A stretch of 64,000 nt of DNA, taken from the NCBI RefSeq assembly GCF_011386835.1, contig NC_088810.1, positions 7,564,001 to 7,628,000 of the forward strand, read 5' to 3'. The notes under the pieces were generated by a model, which was given only the letters and a program-made list of their open reading frames with translations, was not told where the DNA came from and did no database searches. Both the position numbers and the translations under genes were made by a program. Below are positions 56,822 to 64,000 of the stretch, one piece after another. Position 1 is the first letter of the stretch; every line of letters begins with the position of its first letter. The stretch is from Chrysemys picta bellii. Its lineage: Eukaryota.

Positions 56822-57586
56822 GCGAGCAAGCTCAGGGCTCCCGTTCCATTAGCTGACACTAGACATATGGCTGGAATATATGTAGCCGGCTCCTGTATTT
56901 ATTTAGCTCGGTTTCCTGTTTAGTCAATGGCAGGCACGGACGGGGGGCGGGGGCAGCGCCAGAGAGAGAACGGAGAGCCTGGGATGCATGAGATCTTGTG
57001 AGCAAACACACAGGGATGGGCTGCAGGGAGTGGGCCGAGCAGGCACCCTGAACAACAGGGAAGTGGTTGTTACTCAGAGGGAAATTTTCATAAATATCAT
57101 CAAAGGTGGAAGGAAGTGAAGTCTAGTGGTTAGAGGGTGGGGGACTGGGAGCCAGGACTCCTGGGTTCAATCCCTGATTCTCAGGGAGTGATTTTGTGAG
57201 AAAAATAGGAAATAAGGAGTCAATGCACAGAACTAGGAAATACAACCCAGGATTCTTGACCTTTTAGCTCCACTAGACCCCACTCCTCTCCCAGAGCTGG
57301 GGAGAGAACCCAGGAGTCCTGGCTCCCAGCTCCTGACTGCTCTAATCGCTAGCCCACACTCCCCTCCCAGAGCTTGGAATAGGAGAAGTTAATAAGCCTC
57401 TCCTGTAAAGTAAACCATTGTCTGAGCCCAGCCAGTCCCTCACTCCTCTACCAATCATGCGGGGGCTAGTGGGTTAGAGCAGGGGGCTGGGATCCAGAAC
57501 TCCTGGGTTCTATCCTTGGCTCTGGGTGGGGAGTGGGGTCTAGTGATCAGAGTAGGGTGCTGGGAGCCAGGGTTCCTGGGTTCTCC

Positions 57587-59924
57587 TGGACTATAAGGTG
57601 GATAGAAAGCTGGCTAGATTGTCGGGCTCAGCAGGTAGTGATCAACAGCTCGATGTCTAGTTGGCAGCTGGTATCAAGTGGAGTGCCCCAAGGGTCGGTC
57701 CTGGGGCCGGTTTTGTTCAACAGCTTCATTAATGATCTGGATGATGGGATGGATCGCACCCTCAGCAAGTTCATGGATGACACTAAACTGGGGGGAGAGG
57801 TAGATACGCTGGAGGGTAGGGATAGGGTCCACAGTGACCTAGACAAATTGGAGAATTGGGCCAAAAGAAATCTGATGAGGTTCAACAAGAACAAGTGCAG
57901 AGTCCTGCATTTAGGACGGAAGAATCCCATGCACTGCTACAGGCTGGGGACCGACTGGCTAAGCAGCAGTTCTGCAGAAAAGGACCTGGCGATTACAGTG
58001 GATGAGAAGCTGGATATGAGTCAACAGTGTGATCTCATTGCCAAGAAGGCCAATGGCATATTGGGACTTCAACAATTTCCACCCCACCATCAACCTCAGC
58101 CTGGACCAGTCCACCCAGGAGATCCACTTCCTGGACACTACAGTACAAATAAGTGATGGTCACATAAACACCACCCTATACCGGAAACCTACTGACCGCT
58201 ATACGTACCTACATGCCTCCGGCTTCCATCCAAGACACATCACACGATCCATTGTCTACAGCCAAGCCCTAAGATACAACCGAATTTGCTCCAACCCCTC
58301 AGACAGAGACAAACACCTACAAGATCTTTATCAAGCATTCGTAAAACTACAATACCCACCTGGGGAAGTGAGGAAACAGATTGACAGAGCAAGACGGGTA
58401 CCCAGAAATCACCTACTACAGGACAGGCCCAACAAGGACAATAACAGAACACCACTGGTCATCACATACAGCCCCCAGCTAAAACCTCTCCAGCGCATTA
58501 TCCACGATCTACAACCTATCCTGGAAAATGATCCCTCACTCTCACAGACCTTGGGAGGCAGGCCAGTCCTCGCTTACAGACAACCCCCCAACCTGAAGCA
58601 AATACTCAACTACACACCACACCACAGAAACACCAACCCAGGAACCTATCCCTGTAGCAAACCTCGTTGCCTACTCTGTCCCCATATCTACTCTGGCAAC
58701 AGCATCAGAGGACCCAACCACATCAGCCACACCATCAGGGGCTCATTCACCTGCACATCCACTAATGTCATATATGCCATCATGTGCCAGCAATGCCCCT
58801 CTGCCATGTACATTGGCCAAACCGGACAGTCCCTCCGCAAAAGAATAAATGGACACAAATCGGATATCAGGAATGGTAACATACACAAGCCAGTAAGTGA
58901 ACACTTCAATCTCCCTGGTCATTCTATTACAGATTTAAAAGTCACTATCATTGAACAAAAAAACTTCAGAAACAGACTTCAAAGAGAAACAGCAGAACTA
59001 AAATTCATTTGCAAATTCAACACCATTAATCTGGGCTTGAATAGGGACTGGGAGTGGCTGGCTCACTACAGAAGCAGCTTTTCCTCTCCTGGAATTGACA
59101 CCTCCTCATCTATTACTGGGAGTGGACTACATCCACCCTGATTGAATTGGCCCTGTCAACACTGGTTCTCCACTTGTGAAGTAACTCCCTGCTCTCCATG
59201 TGTCAGTATATAATGCCTGCATCTGTAACTTTCACTCTATGCATCCGAAGAAGTGAGGTTTTTACTCACGAAAGCTTATGCCCAAATAAATCTGTTAGTC
59301 TTTAAGGTGCCACCAGACTCCTTGTTGTTTTTGTATTAGTAGGAGCATTGCCAGCAGATCGAGGGAAGGGATTATTCCCCTCTATTCGACAGTGGTGAGG
59401 CCAAATCTGCGGTATTGCTTCCAGTTTTGGTCCCCCCACTACAGAAAGGATGTGGACAAATTGGAGAGAGTCCAGCGGAGGGCAACGAAAATGATGAGGG
59501 GGCTGGGGCACATGACTTACGAGGAGAGGCTGAGGGAACTGGGCTTATTTAGTCTGCAGAAGAGAAGAACGAGGGGGGATTTGATAGCAGCCTTCAACTA
59601 CCTGAAGGGAGGTTCCAAAGGGGATGGAGCTCGGCTGTTCTCAGTGGTGGCAGATGACAGAACAAGGAGCAATGGTCTCAAGTTGCAGTGGGGGAGGTCT
59701 AGGTTGGATATTAGGAAACACTATTTCACTAGGAGGGTGGTGAAGCACTGAAATGGGTTCCCTAGGGAGGTGGTGGAATCTCCTTCCTTAGAGGCTTTTA
59801 AGGCCCGACTTGACAAAGCCCTGGCTGGGCTGATTTAGTTGGGATTGGTCCTGCTTTGAGCAGGGGGTTGGATTAGATGACCTCCTGAGGTCCCTTCCAA
59901 CCCTGGTATTCTATGATTCTATGA
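57587..59924 (+). mobile_element. CR1 3' fragment interrupted by Penelope (copy of unit 1)
   Basis: Colinear with 26061..28399. Confidence 0.9.
58066..59331 (+). mobile_element. Penelope-like retroelement (GIY-YIG)
   Basis: 370-aa ORF equals 26503..27615 except one residue near the C-terminus. Confidence 0.92.
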
Positions 59925-62683
59925 CTCTAGGAACAGGGCTGGGTGTATGCGCCAGCCAGCACATCTCTCCAAGAGTCGTGTCCTCCTGCAGTTAGAAACC
60001 GTCAGTCCCTCTGCTCTCCCTAACGGTGGGAAACCCACTTTCCCTCCCAGCTTGTCTCGCTGCTCAGATGTGGCGGATCGGACCTGATGGTTCTGTTCCC
60101 AGAACCCTTGGTAATGGAGCCGCTGCTGGGTGGGAGGGGAAGGAATCGTCCCCTTGAGTCTCTTTCTCCGAATGGGGAACCCATTCAGTGGGGGATGGAA
60201 TGACCACGCCCCACATCCTGACTGGCACCTCCCCATCCCAGTGCTGGGTGCCCCTCGTACATGGATTGTTGTGTTCTCCTGTCTCGGGGTTCCCCTATCC
60301 CTCTCCCCACCATGCGCTTACTCAGCTGAGCTAGACAAATTTCCATCTCCCCAGGCCCCTGGCCAGCTTCGCTCAGCCCTGATCGCCCAGTGATGGGCGA
60401 GCGTGTTGAAAAAGTAAGTCACAAACCTTCACCCCCATTTTAACAGTGGAAGAACAGACATTCAGAGCAGGGAGAGGAGATGGCCATACTGGGGAAAGAA
60501 CCCAGGAGTCCGAACTCCCTGTCCCCTATTCTAATGACTAGACCCCACTCCCTGCCAGAGCTGGGGCTAGAACCCAGGAGTCCTGACTTCCAGCCCCCAC
60601 TGTTCTAACCACTACACCCCACTCCTCTCCCACATTGGAGCTAGAACCCCGGGGTGGGCTGAGCCAGCAATCTCCCTTTTACTTTGTTGCTTGTTTGTTT
60701 TTTGATTTTGCAAAAGCAAAATTAAACTTTGCACAGAGGCCTGGGCATGCCTGGTAAAGGCAAATACACACCCATGAAGGCTGGGAGCAGAACCCAGGCG
60801 TCCTGACTCGCACCCCCCTCGCTTTAACCAGTAAACCCCACTCACCTCCCAGAGCTGGGAAAGGAATCCAGTTCTCCAGTCCTTTCTCCGGTCTCTCTAC
60901 TCTAACCCAGTCTTCATCCAGGGTCAGTGATAGAAACCAGGAGACCTGAATCCCAGCCACAACCCCTGCTCTAACCTCTAGACCCCACTCCTCTCCTTAC
61001 AAGCCCTGACCCAGGCAGCTAGAGAGCCCATCCTCACCTCCTTTCCAGCAGCCAGTGCGCTGGGAGCCCGCAGAAGGGCTGGAACCCAGGTGTCCAGGCT
61101 GGGAGCCACCCCAAGCGATGTGTCAGGGATGAGCTGGTGGCTGGTTTTCTGCGTCCCAGCTGGGGAGTGAGTTTTCTGAAGCCCAGGTGGCTGGTTATGT
61201 TGTGTCTGTGGCTGCGCCCCACTGGTCCCTCTCCTTGGGAATCCACACAGAAAGGATGAGAGATGCAATCGTTACTTCCTCGTGCCTTGCCGGAGGTGTG
61301 ACTTGGCCCATCCTTGAGAGGGTGTGGTGTCCGTCTCCCCATGTGGGTACTGCAGCCTGCTGTGGGCGAGGACTCCTGGGTTATATTCCTGGGAAGGGGA
61401 GTGGAATCTAGCAGTTAGAGCAGAGCAGGCTGGGAGCCAGGACTCCTGGGTTGTATCCTCAGCTCAGGCAGGTGAGGGGGGGGATCTAATGATTAGAGTG
61501 GGGGAGGAGGGGCTGGAAGCCAGGATTTCTGGGTTGTCTCTGGGGAGTGGGGTCTAGCGGTTCTACCACAGGGCATGGAGGAGAGGCTGCGCTGGATTTA
61601 TGGTTCCTTGATCTCCCGGGCTCCGGCATCTTTCCGAAGCACGATATTAAGTAAACAAACAAATCCGAGTTCATATTTCTTCGCTCGGGCTCCGGGGCAC
61701 ACAAAACTCTGCCCAGAGCACCGGGACACGCACAGTAGCCACAGCTGAGTGGGAGGGAATCCTGACTGCCTGCCAAAGACAGCCGCAAAGGGGCCAGATC
61801 CCAGCTGGGGTCAATTGGCCGTCGCTCCCTTGGTGTGAATGGGGCTAGTTCCCAGCTGGGGTCAATCGCCGTAGCTCCATTGGAGTCAATGGGGCCAGAT
61901 CCAGGATACCAGAGGCGATGGGTCCCCAGGTGGCAGGGGGAGGGCAGGATACCAGAGGCGATGGGTCCCCAGGTGGCGGGGGGAGGGCACACTGACATTG
62001 ATAAGCCAGTGCCAGGAAAACAATGAGATGTCCCAAGGCATCCTGGCCAGGGGGGCTGGATAAGGGGATGGGGTCCCCAGCCTCAGCCCCCCATCCCATG
62101 GCCTTGCTTTAGGGAGGGATCAATGGGTCCATTGTCCTGTCCCTCCCCCACAGTGGAGCAGAATCAGTTACTATTTGCATAGTTCTGATAGCGTCGGTGC
62201 TGTGAGACAAAGGTGACGTCCCGGGCGCCCGACCTCCTGGCGCGTGCACAGACAGACAGACGTTCATGTGGGAGTGCCACGGGCTGGCTCCCCCGTCCTT
62301 CCAGAGGGGAGGCGGGTTTCAGATGGGGGCGTTTCTCACTGCAGGGTTCACACTTGGCATCTATGGACCCACCCTGTGCTCTTTTGCCATGATAGCCCTT
62401 GGCCCAGGAGTCCTGGGTCCTGGCTCCCAGCCCCCTGCTCTAACCACTAGACCCTACTCCCTGCCCAGAGCTTGGAATAGGAGAAGTTAATAAGCCTCTC
62501 CCGTAAAGTAAACCATTGTCTGAGCCCGGCCAGTCCCTCACTCCTCTACAATCATGCGGGGGCTAGTGGGTTAGAGCAGGGGGCTGGGATCCAGAACTCC
62601 TGGGTTCTATCCTTAGCTCTGAGTGGGAAGTTGGGTCTAGTGATCAGAGCAGGGAGCTGGGAGCCAGGGTTCCTGGGTTCTCC

Positions 62684-64000
62684 CGGACTATAAGGTGGAT
62701 AGAAAGCTGGCTAGATTGTCGGGCTCAGCAGGTAGTGATCAACAGCTCAATGTCTAGTTAGCAGCCAGTATCAAGCGGAGTGCCCCAAGGGTCGGTCCTG
62801 GGGATGCTTTTGTTCAACATCTTCATTATAGATCTGGACGATGGGATGGATTGCACCTTCAGCATGTTCGCAGATGACACTAAACTGGGGGAGAGGTAGA
62901 TATGCTGGAGGGTAGGGATAGGGTCCACAGTGACCTAGACAAATTGGAGGATTGGGCCAAAAGAAATCTGATGAGGTTCAACAAGGACAAGTGCAGAGTC
63001 CTGCACTTAGGACGGCAGAATCCCATGCACCGCTACAGACTGGAGACAGACTGGCTAAGCAGCAGTTCTGCAGAAAAGGACCTGGCGATTACAGTGGACG
63101 ATAAGCTGGATATGAGTCAGCAGTGTGATCTCGTTGCCAAGAAGGTCAACAGCATATTGGCTGCATTGGTAGGAGCATTGCCAGCAGATCAAGGAAAGCG
63201 ATTATTCCCCTCTATTCAGGGCTGGTGCAAGGAAGTTTCACACCCTAGGCAAAACTTCCACCCCGCCCTCCCTCATCTTGAGGCGCCCCCCCCCCCCCCG
63301 CAGTGGCTCCCTCCCCACCCTGAGGCGCCCCCCCCCACGTCAGATCCCTCCGCTCGGAGAGCTGTGCGGCAGCTCCCCACCCCAGCACACCTCTGCTCCG
63401 TCTCCTCCCCGAGCTCGCCGCCCTCATGCTAATTCTCCTCCCTCCCAGGCTTTTGGCACCAAACAGCTGATTGGCGCCGCAAGCCTGGGAGGCAGGAGAA
63501 GTGGAGCGGTGACCGCGCACTCGGGGAGGGGGCGTAGGAACGCTGTAAAAAAAAATGGGGGCACCGCCTTTTGGCGCCCCCAAATCTTGGCACCGTAGGC
63601 AACCGACTAGTTTGCCTTAATGGTAGCACCGGCCCTGCCTCTATTCGACACTGGTGATACCCAATATGGAGTATTGCGTCCAGTTTTGGTCCCCCCACTA
63701 CAGAAGGGATGTGGACAAATTGGAGAGAGTCCAGCGGAGGGCAACGAAAATGATCAGGGGGCTGGGACACATGACTTACGAGGAGAGGCTGAGGGAACTG
63801 GGCTTATTTAGTCTGCAGAGAAGAGTGAGGGGGGATTGGATAGCAGCCTTCAACTACCTGAAGGGGGTTTCCAAAGGGGATGGAGCTCGGCTGTTCTCAG
63901 TGGTGGCAGATGACAGAACAAGGAGCAATGGTCTCACGTTGCAGTGGGGGAGGTCTAGGTTGGATATTAGGAAACACTATTTCACTAGGAGGGTGGTGAG
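62684..64000 (+). mobile_element. CR1 3' fragment (copy of unit 2) with a hAT MITE at 63217..63637
   Basis: CR1 RT sequence; MITE TIR CAGGGCTGGTGC; TSD CCTCTATT. Confidence 0.9.

Larger units (their letters stand above)
51754..64000. repeat. Direct near-identical copy of 21264..~32473
   Basis: Starts GTAGCTAAAGCCACTG (offset 30490) and stays colinear to the window end, apart from a 1037-bp insertion. Confidence 0.95.

Overview
GC-rich, repeat-dense vertebrate DNA. The CR1, Penelope, hAT/Harbinger MITE, solo-LTR and MIR-head repeats resemble those of turtles, so a turtle genome is inferred; the species cannot be determined. The window holds the free fatty acid receptor cluster: five intact class A GPCR ORFs. 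These are FFAR2-like a (+, 13.7-14.7 kb), FFAR2-like b (-, 22.8-23.8 kb), FFAR3-like (-, 38.7-39.7 kb), FFAR1 (-, 46.4-47.4 kb) and FFAR2-like b' (-, 54.3-55.3 kb). Copy b' lies in a near-identical repeat of 21.3-32.5 kb that starts right after a 500-N scaffold gap. Copies a and b are a tail-to-tail inverted segmental duplication (about 82% aa identity by manual count). The first ~4 kb look like the 3' flank of one more FFAR2-like copy lying before position 1. The most notable observations: (i) the FFAR1 keeps FFAR2/3-type pocket features (His6.55, Cys-to-Arg5.39 spacing of 16, DPxxY); (ii) a 10-nt in-frame first coding exon and a uORF are conserved in all FFAR2-like copies; (iii) there is a gene-conversion tract and a filled/empty hAT site pair; (iv) a tandemly triplicated upstream unit carries an octamer motif; (v) the predicted FFAR1 5'UTR intron is almost entirely a G-quadruplex-type VNTR. 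All alignments and counts were done by eye.
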